DNA of 64,000 nt from Bacteroidota bacterium. GTDB taxonomy: Bacteria > Bacteroidota > Ignavibacteria > Kapaibacteriales > UBA961. The notes beneath the pieces were generated by a model. It was not told the origin of the DNA, made no database searches, and saw only the letters and a list, made by a program, of their open reading frames with translations. Positions 1 to 10,012 of this stretch are shown in pieces (the first letter of the stretch is position 1; each line of letters begins with the position of its first letter). The position numbers and the translations under genes are program-made. The DNA lies in assembly GCA_020852855.1 (NCBI GenBank), contig JADZAA010000049.1, positions 67,449-131,448 on the forward strand. The letters are read 5' to 3'.

Positions 1-491
1 AGCGGCTTGCCGCCTACATCGAGCCTCTGAAAATCGGCCGAACCGATATTGGACGTAAGAGCGAGTGCAAATGTAAGTTTATCGGGATATTGTAAAAATG
101 TTTCAATGGAATCGAAGCCGAGATAAGGGGATACCGTTGCCGAATCAAAATCCAAAGTTTGGTAGAAGGTGCGTGCATATGCGTTGTTTGTATTTCCTAT
201 GTCGCCGCGCTTGGCATCAGCGATTGAAATTGCATCGTCGGGCAGCAATGTCCGCGTCGCTTCGAGCGCAGCCCATCCGCGACTGCCGTATTGCTCGTAA
301 AACGCAGTATTGATTTTGTAGGCCGCGGCAACGTGTCGCGTAGCATTGATTATTTCTCGATTGAACGCAACAACATCTCCAGGTGTATGCCCGAAGCCCT
401 CTGGCAATAAAGCGGCATCTGCATCTAACCCTACGCACAAAACGGTCTGTTTCAGACCTGTAATACGGGACAGCTTTTCGCGGATACTCAT
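1..491 (-). CDS. pyrF: Orotidine 5'-phosphate decarboxylase. The N-terminal part lies in the window; the 3' end runs off the window start.
   Basis: The reverse complement from 491 downwards translates MSIREKLSRITGLKQTVLCVGLDADAALLPEGF...REIINATRHVAAAYKINTAFYEQYG...DAKRGDIGNT. This carries the VGLD and DAKRGDIGNT signatures of PyrF. The frame is missing from the ORF track because no stop codon falls inside the window. Confidence 0.8.
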   Translation of the reverse strand, partial: MSIREKLSRITGLKQTVLCVGLDADAALLPEGFGHTPGDVVAFNREIINATRHVAAAYKINTAFYEQYGSRGWAALEATRTLLPDDAISIADAKRGDIGNTNNAYARTFYQTLDFDSATVSPYLGFDSIETFLQYPDKLTFALALTSNIGSADFQRLDVGGKP

Positions 492-556
492 GCACATAAT
501 ATAATAGTTCGGCAAAATTTTGAGGCAAAAATACGGAAAACATCGCGCCTGAAACT

Positions 557-1801
557 TTACTCCACGTAGTCGAGTTCTTTGTGGAAAGTTTCGGGCAAAT
601 AAGCCCAAGCTACGAATGATATTGCTATACACGCCGCACCTGCAATAAAGGCCGCCGAAACTATGTCGGTTTGCGATTTCAGCCATTCGAACGACAAGGC
701 TATAGGTACAAGCGCACCCCGTGCGAAATTGGGCGCGGTAGTGGCCACGGTAGCGCGATAATTAGTGCCGAATTGTTCGGCGGCCACCGTTACGAATATT
801 GCCCAAAATCCGGCAGAAAATCCCAAAAAGCCACATACTGCATAAAGTATTGGTAATGTCGAATTATTTAAGCAAAACAAGTAAGTCGCGGTAGATATGG
901 CAGAAAGAATGAAGAATAAAAGCATGGATTTCTTTCTGCTATGCCAAAATTGCGATAAAGTGCCACTTGCAAAATCGCCTGCCGTCAGGCCTATGTAGCA
1001 GAACATAACAGCATTTCCGCCTATTAATTTTTCTTGACCGTGTTCTATCGGAATACCGAATGTTTTGGCAAATTCCGGTGAAAACGTAACTAAAATTCCC
1101 ACAATGTACCATGGTATAAATCCTAAAAAAATGCTTTGCATATATCGTAGGAAGCGCGAGCGATTAGTGAAAAGGCGCAAGAAATCTCCGCGTAAAGCAT
1201 TTGTTTTCTTTGCTTTTTCAAATAAGCAGGACTCGAAGATTTTAATACGAAGCAACAGTAGAAGCAGTCCCAATGCACCGCCGGCGTAGTATGCCGTGCG
1301 CCAATCATGCGAAACCTGCATTACGATATTTGCCAAAACTGCACCGGAAACTCCTATACCGGCCACTACCATTGTTCCGTAGCCGCGCAATTCTTTGGGC
1401 AGGCTTTCGGCTACGAGCGTAATTCCTATGCCGAGTTCGCCGGCAAGACCGAAGCCGGCAATTAAGCGCAACGCAGCGTATTGCTCGATAGTTTGCACCA
1501 TTCCATTAAGAAAATTTGCCAAAGAATACATGAGAATCGAGCCGAACAGCACGCTGATGCGCCCTTTCTTATCGCCCAAAATTCCCCAAAATATTCCGCC
1601 CAGCAACATTCCGGTCATTTGCAGATTGATGAGCATCAAGCCCTTGTCGGTCAGCTCGTTTGACGCGAAGCCCAAGTCGGATAAGCTCGGTACCCGCGCA
1701 ATGCTGAACAGCGTTAAATCGTAAATATCAACAAAATATCCAAGAGCCGCAATGACTACGGGCAAAGTAACGAACGTGCGTAAAGCGGGTATTTTGCTCA
1801 T
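557..1801 (-). CDS. MFS (major facilitator superfamily) transporter
   Basis: 414 aa with about 12 predicted TM segments. It has the MFS loop motif GILGDKKGRISVL. Confidence 0.8.
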   Translation of the reverse strand: MSKIPALRTFVTLPVVIAALGYFVDIYDLTLFSIARVPSLSDLGFASNELTDKGLMLINLQMTGMLLGGIFWGILGDKKGRISVLFGSILMYSLANFLNGMVQTIEQYAALRLIAGFGLAGELGIGITLVAESLPKELRGYGTMVVAGIGVSGAVLANIVMQVSHDWRTAYYAGGALGLLLLLLRIKIFESCLFEKAKKTNALRGDFLRLFTNRSRFLRYMQSIFLGFIPWYIVGILVTFSPEFAKTFGIPIEHGQEKLIGGNAVMFCYIGLTAGDFASGTLSQFWHSRKKSMLLFFILSAISTATYLFCLNNSTLPILYAVCGFLGFSAGFWAIFVTVAAEQFGTNYRATVATTAPNFARGALVPIALSFEWLKSQTDIVSAAFIAGAACIAISFVAWAYLPETFHKELDYVE

Positions 1802-1909
1802 ACGGGCTAATCGGGCATTAAGGAATAGTTAAAGAACGTAAGCAAAGAAACTTCGGAGCAAATCGTCATTACTGGATATCGATTTTAAAAATTACACAAC
1901 TTACTACGA

Positions 1910-4129
1910 ATGACCATAAACTTTTTTACGCTTTTTGCTTTATTCGCCGTATTTACCGCCATAGATGCCGTTGCCCAACACGATATTATCCGTCTGCCTC
2001 ATATACCGAAATCGCGCCGTGCCGCAGATACGCTAAGAGCAGATTCCGCAAGAACATATAAGGCCGGCACCGTAGTTGTAACGGGAACGCGCAATGCCGT
2101 TTTGCTGAAAGATTCGCCTATGCGGGTGGAACTTATCGAAAGTAAGCAATTGCAAACAACAGCCATGACAACCATTGCCGACGTATTGCGTGAGCAAACC
2201 GGCCTTTTGCTTACGACGAATGTGCGTACCGGCGTTCAAATGATGGGGCTTGGCAGCGATTATACGCAAATATTGATAGACGGACAGCCTATGACCGGAC
2301 GAGTAGCCGGAGTTATTGACTTGAATCGTGTTTCTACGGGAAATATAGAGCGCGTTGAGATAGTAAAAGGGCCGATGTCGTCGCTTTACGGCAGCGACGC
2401 GCTTGCCGGTGTGATAAACATAATCACTCAAAAACCGGCATCCGGTTGGTCGGGAAAATTTTACGGGCAAATGTTGCAAAGAGGTGCGTCCGAATTACAA
2501 ACCGAAATCGGCTATGGAGGTGAAAATATAAATGCGTCGGGCTATTGCAATTACAGAAATGCAGCCGCATTTGTGGCATCTGACGGCACAAAAAGCGTTC
2601 CGTATTCCGGCTTTGAAGATTATACCGCACATATAAAAGCAAAATGGTACGCTTTGCCTACGTTGAATTTTTCCGGCACGGGGCGGTTATTTCATGCCGA
2701 AAGCAGCGGAAAATTTATCGAATCGTTTTTTGGACAAATTGCCGAGAATCAAGGCTCGGTAATACAAAGCGAAAAGTCGGGAACAATAACCGGAAGCTGG
2801 ACGCATGGCGCGGCACGATTGAGCTCGGAGGCTTACCTGACTCACTATTCGGAGATTTATAATTTTGACACTGTGCAGGGAACGGCCGGGCGCGTAGATA
2901 ACCTTGACCGTATGACGGCGCGAGGTTTTTTGCAGTACGACGTTCTCTGGAGTGAGCGCGACCGATTTACATTCGGCACCGAGTTTCTTTACGATGATAT
3001 ATCCGGCTCGCGCTACCCGGACAGGCCGTCGTTTAATACTTTCGCACTTTTCGGCCAGTGGGAGGGCAATCCTACTTCATGGGCTTCGTATTCCCTCAGC
3101 AGTCGTTATACACACAATAGCGCTTATCCGAATGCGGGATTTGGCGGCGGTTTCGACAGCTCGGTAAAAGTATTGGCTTGGTTGCTGAACCCGAAATTTG
3201 CTCTGAATATCAAGGTAAATGATAATTGGCAAGTGCGTGGTTCCGTCGGAACAGGTTTTAAAGTTCCCGATTTTCGGCAATTATACGTGGAGTTTTCAAA
3301 TAGGCTGGCGGGTGCAGGCTACGACTTGATAGGTGCGCGTAGATTAGGTCTGGATTTGCAGCCCGAACGTTCTACAGCGTTTGATTTGGGCGTACAATGG
3401 CACCCCTCGGCTTTCGAGCCGTTTTTCGGTATATCCGCCGAAATATTCACAGAGGCTCGATGCTTCCGCAATAATTTGTCGAACTTAATAGAATATTACT
3501 ATGTGGGGCAAGATCCGTCGGGAACCCGCGCAATTTATTCATACAGGAATTTATCGCGAGTCTATACCCAAGGTATCGAGGCAAATTTTCGTTGCTCGGC
3601 ACATCTGTCGGAAAAAAAGTCTGTTACTGTTTCGGCAGGCTACCAATATCTCGATGCCAACGATGTGGAAGTATTGGAAGCAATAGAAAACGGAACTGCG
3701 GGAACGGTTAATCCGTCATCGGGCGTTTTCACAAGGCTTACGCGGGAAATGTACGGCGGATTATGGTTTCGTTCGCGCAACAGCGGTGCGGCGAGCGTGC
3801 GGTACGACGACGAAGGGTCGGGTTGGTCAGCAAATATACGTGCGCAATTTATCGGACGATTCGGCAATGAAGCATTAGACAAAAACGGAGTATCGGTAAG
3901 TAACCCGCAACGCATTACGCTTGACCGCGACGACGAGTATGCAACCGGTTATATTATGCTGAATTGTGCCGTGGGTAAGACTTTTCGATTGGGTGGCGGA
4001 ACGCATACGGCCATTACCGTGAATACAGGCATCAATAATCTGACTAATGCCATGAACTTAGTTTCAATTCCAAGTCTTGTGGGGCGGCAGTTGTTTATCA
4101 ATGCGGCTTATCTGTGGCAAAAAGATTGA
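1910..4129 (+). CDS. TonB-dependent outer-membrane receptor
   Basis: 739 aa with a signal peptide and a plug domain (VVVTGTRNA...IERVEIVKGPMSSLYGSDALAGVINIITQKP). A long C-terminal beta-barrel region follows. Confidence 0.85.
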   Translation: MTINFFTLFALFAVFTAIDAVAQHDIIRLPHIPKSRRAADTLRADSARTYKAGTVVVTGTRNAVLLKDSPMRVELIESKQLQTTAMTTIADVLREQTGLLLTTNVRTGVQMMGLGSDYTQILIDGQPMTGRVAGVIDLNRVSTGNIERVEIVKGPMSSLYGSDALAGVINIITQKPASGWSGKFYGQMLQRGASELQTEIGYGGENINASGYCNYRNAAAFVASDGTKSVPYSGFEDYTAHIKAKWYALPTLNFSGTGRLFHAESSGKFIESFFGQIAENQGSVIQSEKSGTITGSWTHGAARLSSEAYLTHYSEIYNFDTVQGTAGRVDNLDRMTARGFLQYDVLWSERDRFTFGTEFLYDDISGSRYPDRPSFNTFALFGQWEGNPTSWASYSLSSRYTHNSAYPNAGFGGGFDSSVKVLAWLLNPKFALNIKVNDNWQVRGSVGTGFKVPDFRQLYVEFSNRLAGAGYDLIGARRLGLDLQPERSTAFDLGVQWHPSAFEPFFGISAEIFTEARCFRNNLSNLIEYYYVGQDPSGTRAIYSYRNLSRVYTQGIEANFRCSAHLSEKKSVTVSAGYQYLDANDVEVLEAIENGTAGTVNPSSGVFTRLTREMYGGLWFRSRNSGAASVRYDDEGSGWSANIRAQFIGRFGNEALDKNGVSVSNPQRITLDRDDEYATGYIMLNCAVGKTFRLGGGTHTAITVNTGINNLTNAMNLVSIPSLVGRQLFINAAYLWQKD

Positions 4130-4389
4130 TAGAAATTATACGGGAAATTAAATGGAAAAGACAAGATTCCCGGCTAATTTCAATTAGCGGCACCGTTCCG
4201 TAAGAGTCGGTTACTGCTTCTGAATTTGTATTCGTAAATATGAAAAAACTATTCGGAAAGACCTTCCTAACAGTTGTGCAGCTATCGGTTATTATCTGCT
4301 TATATTAAGCATTCTCCTAAAAAAAAAAGACTGAACTCTTGCTTTGAGACAGTCTCTTTTTTATGCAATATTCTAAAATTTATCGTTTG

Positions 4390-4463
4390 TCGGCGTGACT
4401 GGATTCGAACCAGCGACCCCTACTACCCCAAAGTAGTGCGCTACCGGGCTGCGCCACACGCCG
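4390..4463 (-). tRNA. tRNA-Pro (anticodon GGG)
   Basis: The reverse complement folds as a cloverleaf. The acceptor stem is CGGCGTG/CACGCCG, the anticodon stem is CTACT/AGTAG with loop TTGGGGT (anticodon GGG, G37), and the T-loop is TTCGAAT. Confidence 0.8.
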
Positions 4464-4571
4464 TAACAAGGAGCACAAAAATACGATTTTTTCGTTGTAT
4501 AGCGTTGTCTTTTTCTCGATATACGTCTTTTTGATTGATTGCGCCATTGTATTTTATGGTAGTACGCATCA

Positions 4572-7500
4572 TTAGAAATTGCCGCCGAGCGAGAATAACC
4601 AATTCGGTTGCGACCATGCATAGAATTCATTCCGCCATGCCACATCAACACGCAACGGCAGCCCCAAAACAAATGTTCTCATGCCTATTCCCGCGCTCAT
4701 AAGTAAATCTTGCGATATTTTATTTCCTGAAAGGTCTACTGTTGTTGGAGTAAATGTATCTTTCCAAGCGGCACCTATATCAGTAAAAAATGCACCTTGT
4801 ACGCCTTGCAGCAAAATCGGCACAGGCCCTGCGATGAGTGCCTGAAACAAAGGAAAGCGCATTTCGGCATTGAGTAAAAAATGATTGTTGCCCCTGCGTT
4901 CAGCCACGTCAAAACCGCGTAACGGCAATCCGTATTGCATAAAAGCGAAATCGGACGGCGAATCCCAAGGCAATGTTCCGTTGCTGAAAGTTCTGTTTAT
5001 CCAGTTGTCAACGCCGCCAATAACAGCCTTTTGCGGATTTGCGCCGAAACTTGCGCTACCCGAACCGCGAAGCGCGATATTGATATAATTTCCGAACATA
5101 GAGAAATACTGTCGCAAATCGGTATTGAAAGTAATAAATTCCGGTGTTGAATTCGATATTTTCGGTGAAGCCGATATGCTTGCGAAATAACGAGCTCCGC
5201 GATTGGGGCCGAACCAGCCCCAATCCGTGTTGTCGAATGTATATTTTATATGCGGCGAAACTGCAAATACAGAAGCCGAAGGCTCTTCTACGTAATCGAG
5301 ATTTTCGCGCGTTACAAGCTGCATACCCAAGCCGAATTCCAAACGCCTGAAACGGTCGAAAGGATAAGAAGCATTTGTTTCCAAACCGTAATTGCGAAAA
5401 CGATATAACATTCCATTGCCGCGAATTACATAAGCGGCTTTGTGAAAGGCGCCGAACTCATAGTCAATTCTATTGGGAAGATAATAATATGCAGCGTAAA
5501 AATTACTGTTTTTCAGGTCGACGAAAAGATTTATCAGCAAATACAATTGGTGGTCGCCGAGCATATCGCTGAACAGCATTTGCGTAGCACCTTGTAAACC
5601 GTAGAAAGTACTGAATCCGGCATTATTATATATCAGGTCGGTAGATAGCGACACTTTATAGTCTTGCGGTGCGGAAAGTGCGGTGTCGGCTGTACCATCG
5701 GCAATAACCGGCCGCACGGGCGATTGCGTTACGCTCGAGTTTGGGGGTGCGGATTGTTGCCGCGAAAATTCTACGTCAAAATTTCCGTACCCTATAGGTT
5801 TGCTCGGTTTGGGCACTATCGGTTCAGAAGCGGTTATTGCGGCTACGGTTTTTAATTTTTCGGCTTCCCATTGCCGGAACTTTGTAAGCGGTAAAACGCC
5901 GTAATCCTTACGTTGCAACGGGAAGCGCATTGAGAACAAGTCGAAGCCGCCTTTATTTTGCGAAGAAAACAGCAAACGGCTGCCGTCATTTGCCAATGAG
6001 AGTTGCGTAATTCCGCTTATGGAATTGCTGCGTGCAGTAATTTCTCCTGTGGCAAGATTAAGAAAATATAAATTACCTATGCCGTTTTTATCCGATACAA
6101 ACAGCAAAGTATTGCCGTCGGGGGCAACTGCCAAAGATGTTTTTTCGTTTTTGGGGTCATGCGTTATTCGGCTAATTGTACCGGAAGCAATATCAAGCGA
6201 ATAAATGTCTTGTGTTTCGTGAGCGTAATCCCACATCTTGAAACTTGCCGCCTTGAAATCGCCGGACGTATAATCGGCACGGTCCGATACGAAATAAATG
6301 GTTTTGCTGTCGGGCGACCATGTCGGATGCTGGTCGCTGAATACGTCATCGGTCAGTTTCTTGACGTAAGACTTTGCAACATCGTATAAATATAAGTCGG
6401 ATTGTTCGTTTTTCGAGGCTACAAAAGCAATATTTTTGCCGTCCGGCGACCAAATGGCCGATGTAATTGTTTTAAGTCCGAAAGTCTTGCGCCGATATGC
6501 TCCCGAAACTGCATCAACTATAAACAGCGCGTCCTCGCCGCCGGCTTTCGCCGATATTGCAAGTTGTTTACCGGTAGGATCCCAAGATATTCCGGGTGTC
6601 AGAAAGTTCAGGTCTTCAAAGTCGAGAGCGCGGTCGCTTGAGAGCAGCTTTACAGTTTTACCGTTATTCGCCAAGTATTTAATATAAATTCCGAATACGC
6701 CGTCCTCGTCGGCAATATAGGCTGTTTTATCGCCGTCGGGCGAAACGGCCGGCGAAGAATTGTAGAAATTGTGAAGTTTTTCGTGATTGGTGAGTCTTTC
6801 CGCAAAATCGTCGAGAGCCTCAAATTTTTCTATGTCGGGCAGGTATATTTTCTTCATTTCGCGGGCCCAAAGGTCAGAAAAATCCTCGTAGCTCATTCCG
6901 AAAGTCAGATTGAACGATTGCTTATAGTCGGGCAAATTGCGGATGCGATTGATGAGTTCGCTTATCTTCTGTTCGCCGTATCGCTCGCGAATAAACCAAT
7001 AAAACGCTTGTCCGCCGCGATATGCGTAATATCCCTGTAAATTATCAAGGCCTTTCAGGTATTCGCTTAGTGCCACGTCGCGCATAAACATATCGGTTTT
7101 TACGTCATAGCCGTCGGCGGCGGCATATTCGGCAAAGCCTTCGTTCATCCATAATGGCAATTCGGCGCGCTGAGCATTGGATATGGCATTTTGGATTGAG
7201 CCACCATAGAACATATCGTTAAGAACGGCATGAGCAAGCTCGTGGCAAATAACGTGTTTGAATTGGTCGTAGCACCCCTCGAACGGAATTGTAACGCGAT
7301 TTTTGAACAATTCGGTTACGCCGCCTATACCTTCGCCGATTTCCCCGCCGATAACGTTGCTCTGCTGAAATTCATTGTGAGAATTATACGTTACAATAGG
7401 TATTCGCCGCCCTACCGAATAATTTAATCTACGCTCGATGGAACCAAGGTCGCGCTCTGCATTTATCGCCACATAACGCGCCAAATATTCTCCGCCTTGA

Positions 7501-7646
7501 TGAAAATACACGTCAAAATGCTTGGAACGTATGAATTTCCACGAAAAAGAATCATATTGTACCTTATTTTTGCCAAATTGAGCCTGCATTTCCAAAGTAA
7601 CGGACAAGGCTGACAGCGTTAAAATAAAAATTGTGCGTAAGAGCAT
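4572..7646 (-). CDS. Outer-membrane protein with three parts. The N-terminus has a zincin-like HExxH...E domain, the middle has TolB/PD40-type beta-propeller repeats, and the C-terminus is an Omp85/BamA-like beta-barrel.
   Basis: The signal peptide MLLRTIFILTLSALSVTLEMQAQ starts at the ATG at 7646; the ORF-track start at 7733 is probably upstream of the true start. Zincin-like motifs are HELAHAVLND and MNEGFAEY. Repeated SPDGK/SPDSK...DLY(L)YD blades follow. The C-terminus is EMRFPLF...GAFFTDIGAAW...SAGIGMRT...PLRVDVAW...FSLGGNF, ending in Phe. Confidence 0.65.
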   Translation of the reverse strand: MLLRTIFILTLSALSVTLEMQAQFGKNKVQYDSFSWKFIRSKHFDVYFHQGGEYLARYVAINAERDLGSIERRLNYSVGRRIPIVTYNSHNEFQQSNVIGGEIGEGIGGVTELFKNRVTIPFEGCYDQFKHVICHELAHAVLNDMFYGGSIQNAISNAQRAELPLWMNEGFAEYAAADGYDVKTDMFMRDVALSEYLKGLDNLQGYYAYRGGQAFYWFIRERYGEQKISELINRIRNLPDYKQSFNLTFGMSYEDFSDLWAREMKKIYLPDIEKFEALDDFAERLTNHEKLHNFYNSSPAVSPDGDKTAYIADEDGVFGIYIKYLANNGKTVKLLSSDRALDFEDLNFLTPGISWDPTGKQLAISAKAGGEDALFIVDAVSGAYRRKTFGLKTITSAIWSPDGKNIAFVASKNEQSDLYLYDVAKSYVKKLTDDVFSDQHPTWSPDSKTIYFVSDRADYTSGDFKAASFKMWDYAHETQDIYSLDIASGTISRITHDPKNEKTSLAVAPDGNTLLFVSDKNGIGNLYFLNLATGEITARSNSISGITQLSLANDGSRLLFSSQNKGGFDLFSMRFPLQRKDYGVLPLTKFRQWEAEKLKTVAAITASEPIVPKPSKPIGYGNFDVEFSRQQSAPPNSSVTQSPVRPVIADGTADTALSAPQDYKVSLSTDLIYNNAGFSTFYGLQGATQMLFSDMLGDHQLYLLINLFVDLKNSNFYAAYYYLPNRIDYEFGAFHKAAYVIRGNGMLYRFRNYGLETNASYPFDRFRRLEFGLGMQLVTRENLDYVEEPSASVFAVSPHIKYTFDNTDWGWFGPNRGARYFASISASPKISNSTPEFITFNTDLRQYFSMFGNYINIALRGSGSASFGANPQKAVIGGVDNWINRTFSNGTLPWDSPSDFAFMQYGLPLRGFDVAERRGNNHFLLNAEMRFPLFQALIAGPVPILLQGVQGAFFTDIGAAWKDTFTPTTVDLSGNKISQDLLMSAGIGMRTFVLGLPLRVDVAWRNEFYAWSQPNWLFSLGGNF

Positions 7647-7887
7647 GGACAGACGTGTGTGATTATTCGGAAATATATGGCGAATCGAAGTATATTCGAC
7701 GATTGACTTCATCATAAAATTTACAATAAACAAGATGTTTGCTTCTTGATGGCAGATATTTGAGCAATTTATGCATAGTTATGGCCGCTTCAATTTTGCG
7801 ACGGTCGGGCTCAAACGATATTCCTATACAAACCGTCTACGAAAATTGCGTAGCCTAAGTGCAATTTACCTCTATTTTGGATACATT

Positions 7888-8817
7888 ATGCAGGTCGTAA
7901 TAGATAAATTTTCGGGATTCTGCTGGGGAGTTGTCCGTACTATTCAAATTGCGGAGGAAACTTTGGCCGAGAATAACGGGAATGTTTATGTATTGGGAAA
8001 TATTATTCATAATCCGAAAGAAATTGCACGCCTTGAAGCAAAAGGCCTGCAAACTATTTCTCGCGACGATTTGGATAATCTTTTTCCCGATGCAAAGGTG
8101 CTCGTGCGCGCACATGGAGAGCCGCCCGAAACCTATCGTCGTGCTTTTGCCCGCGGCATTGAAATTATTGATGCTACTTGCCCTATAGTCAGCAAATTGC
8201 AGGAGCGCGTTCGTAAATTTTACGATTCCGGCTTCCAAGTTGTCATTTTCGGAAAAAAAGAACACGCCGAAGTAGTTGGTGTACGCGGAGTTTGCAATGA
8301 TGAATGTATTATAGTCAAGAATGTGGGCGACGCTTTGAAAAACGTTGATTTTTCGCGCCCTACCGTACTGTTTTCTCAAACTACGATGGATAGAGCAGGC
8401 TTTTTTATGATACGTCAGGCATTGCATGAGCGTATTAACGACTTGATTGTAGAGCCTGCGGAATTCGGCTCGGAAAAATTTCAGGCAAAAGATACGATTT
8501 GCGGACAAGTATCGGGGCGCGAGGAACATCTGGCGCGTTTTGCCGCCGACAACGATGTTGTTATTTTTGCGGCCGGCAAGGCCTCGTCGAACGGAAAAGT
8601 GCTGTATGAAGTGTGCAGAGCCGCGAATCCGCGAACGTATTTTATCGAGGACGTGGAAGAACTTCGCAAAGAATGGTTCGACGGCGCGGAAACCGTTGGA
8701 GTTTCGGGTGCTACAAGTACGCCGCAATGGTATATGGAAATCGTAAAATCGGCAGTTGAGAGCGGTAAATTCGGAGAATGCCGGACTTCTGCGCAAACGT
8801 TAAACCAATCACTTTAA
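7888..8817 (+). CDS. ispH: 4-hydroxy-3-methylbut-2-enyl diphosphate reductase (IspH/LytB)
   Basis: MQVVIDKFSGFCWGVVRTI carries the GFCxGV signature. The length is about 310 aa from the internal ATG at 7888; the ORF-track start at 7771 is probably too far upstream. Confidence 0.85.
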   Translation: MQVVIDKFSGFCWGVVRTIQIAEETLAENNGNVYVLGNIIHNPKEIARLEAKGLQTISRDDLDNLFPDAKVLVRAHGEPPETYRRAFARGIEIIDATCPIVSKLQERVRKFYDSGFQVVIFGKKEHAEVVGVRGVCNDECIIVKNVGDALKNVDFSRPTVLFSQTTMDRAGFFMIRQALHERINDLIVEPAEFGSEKFQAKDTICGQVSGREEHLARFAADNDVVIFAAGKASSNGKVLYEVCRAANPRTYFIEDVEELRKEWFDGAETVGVSGATSTPQWYMEIVKSAVESGKFGECRTSAQTLNQSL

Positions 8818-8829
8818 TCCGAAAAAATT

Positions 8830-9000
8830 ATGGCGACTTTGTATTTGCTCGGAATTACCGCAGCAGTTTTCTTTATAGTCATTACCTTGATTGTAATAGG
8901 GCAGGAAATACCCTACGGAATAGTTTTGTCTGCGGCATTGTTCGCCGTGATTGTCTACGGCGGCTGGCGTATTTTCAAAGCAACCGTAATGCGACTATAA
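8830..9000 (+). CDS. Small hydrophobic protein (56 aa, 2 TM), unannotated short ORF
   Basis: ATG at 8830 gives MATLYLLGITAAVFFIVITLIVIGQEIPYGIVLSAALFAVIVYGGWRIFKATVMRL*. It falls below the ORF-track size cut-off and lies between ispH and the SDR gene. Confidence 0.35.
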   Translation: MATLYLLGITAAVFFIVITLIVIGQEIPYGIVLSAALFAVIVYGGWRIFKATVMRL

Positions 9001-9153
9001 AGTCCGAAATTTATTTGAGAAAGAGTATGCGAATTTGTGTGTGGTAATTTGCATGCTTGGCGGGTATTCGCAAAATCCGCCGGAACTCTCCTTATTACTC
9101 ACCTTTTTCTTGTAGGTAAATTAGTCTGATTTGCCTCGGACCAAGCAAATGCA

Positions 9154-9918
9154 ATGAACGGAAAAATCGCTTTAATTACCGGTGCGTCAAGCGGTATAGG
9201 ACTTGGTTGTGCCGAAGTTTTTGCCGAAGCCGGCGCACGTTTGATTATAGTTGCCCGCCGAAAAGAACGACTTGATGCGCTTGCCGATAAGTTGCGACAG
9301 AATTATAACTCCGATGTTTTGGTTCGCGTATGCGATATACGGGAACGCAACGACGTGTTCGCTCTGGCCGAAACATTGCCCGATGAATGGAAAAACATAG
9401 ATATTCTGATAAATAACGCGGGGCTTTCACGCGGTTTGGATAAACTTCAAGCAGGTTCGGTCGACGATTGGGAAGAAATGATAGACGTTAACATAAAGGG
9501 ATTGCTTTATATGACAAGGGCTGTTTTGCCCGGTATGATAGAACGTGCCGCCGGAATGATTATCAATATAGCCTCCGTTGCGGGGCGTATGGCATATCCG
9601 TCGGGAAATGTGTATTGTGCTACAAAATCAGCCGTTCGGACTATTTCCGAATCGTTACAACTCGACGTAAACGGTACGGGAGTTAGAGTTTGCAATATAG
9701 ACCCGGGGCTTGTGGAAACCGAGTTTTCGCTTGTGCGTTTTCGCGGCAATGCGGCACGTGCCGAAATGACCTATCGCGGTTTTTTGCCGCTATCCGGATG
9801 CGATGTGGCTGAAGCCGCTTTATTTTGCGCTACACGCCCGCCGTATGTGAGTATTCAAGACCTGCTGATTATGCCTACAGCGCAGGCTTCACCTTATGTA
9901 ATTACGAAAAATAATTAA
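9154..9918 (+). CDS. Short-chain dehydrogenase/reductase (SDR), YdfG-like NADP-dependent
   Basis: The N-terminus reads TGASSGIGLG (Rossmann motif), ARRKERLDALADKL follows, NNAG is present, and catalytic Y...K lies in YCATKSAV. Confidence 0.8.
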   Translation: MNGKIALITGASSGIGLGCAEVFAEAGARLIIVARRKERLDALADKLRQNYNSDVLVRVCDIRERNDVFALAETLPDEWKNIDILINNAGLSRGLDKLQAGSVDDWEEMIDVNIKGLLYMTRAVLPGMIERAAGMIINIASVAGRMAYPSGNVYCATKSAVRTISESLQLDVNGTGVRVCNIDPGLVETEFSLVRFRGNAARAEMTYRGFLPLSGCDVAEAALFCATRPPYVSIQDLLIMPTAQASPYVITKNN

Positions 9919-10012
9919 GCAGAAATTAAGCAGAAAAATGCAATAAAGAAGCGTGTGCGCAGTGCAGATTCGGGCCATATTTGGCGTTGAGCCGTGTTTT
10001 ATGTCGTAATTT

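Noticed and set aside
217-543. 108-aa minus-strand ORF from the ORF track
   Set aside because: It is in the wrong frame. The real coding content on the same strand is pyrF in another frame (MSIREKLSRITGL...), which lacks an in-window stop and was therefore not listed.
7855-8796. 313-aa ORF antisense to ispH
   Set aside because: It is embedded in the ispH coding sequence and is rich in R/S/F, a typical antisense shadow ORF.
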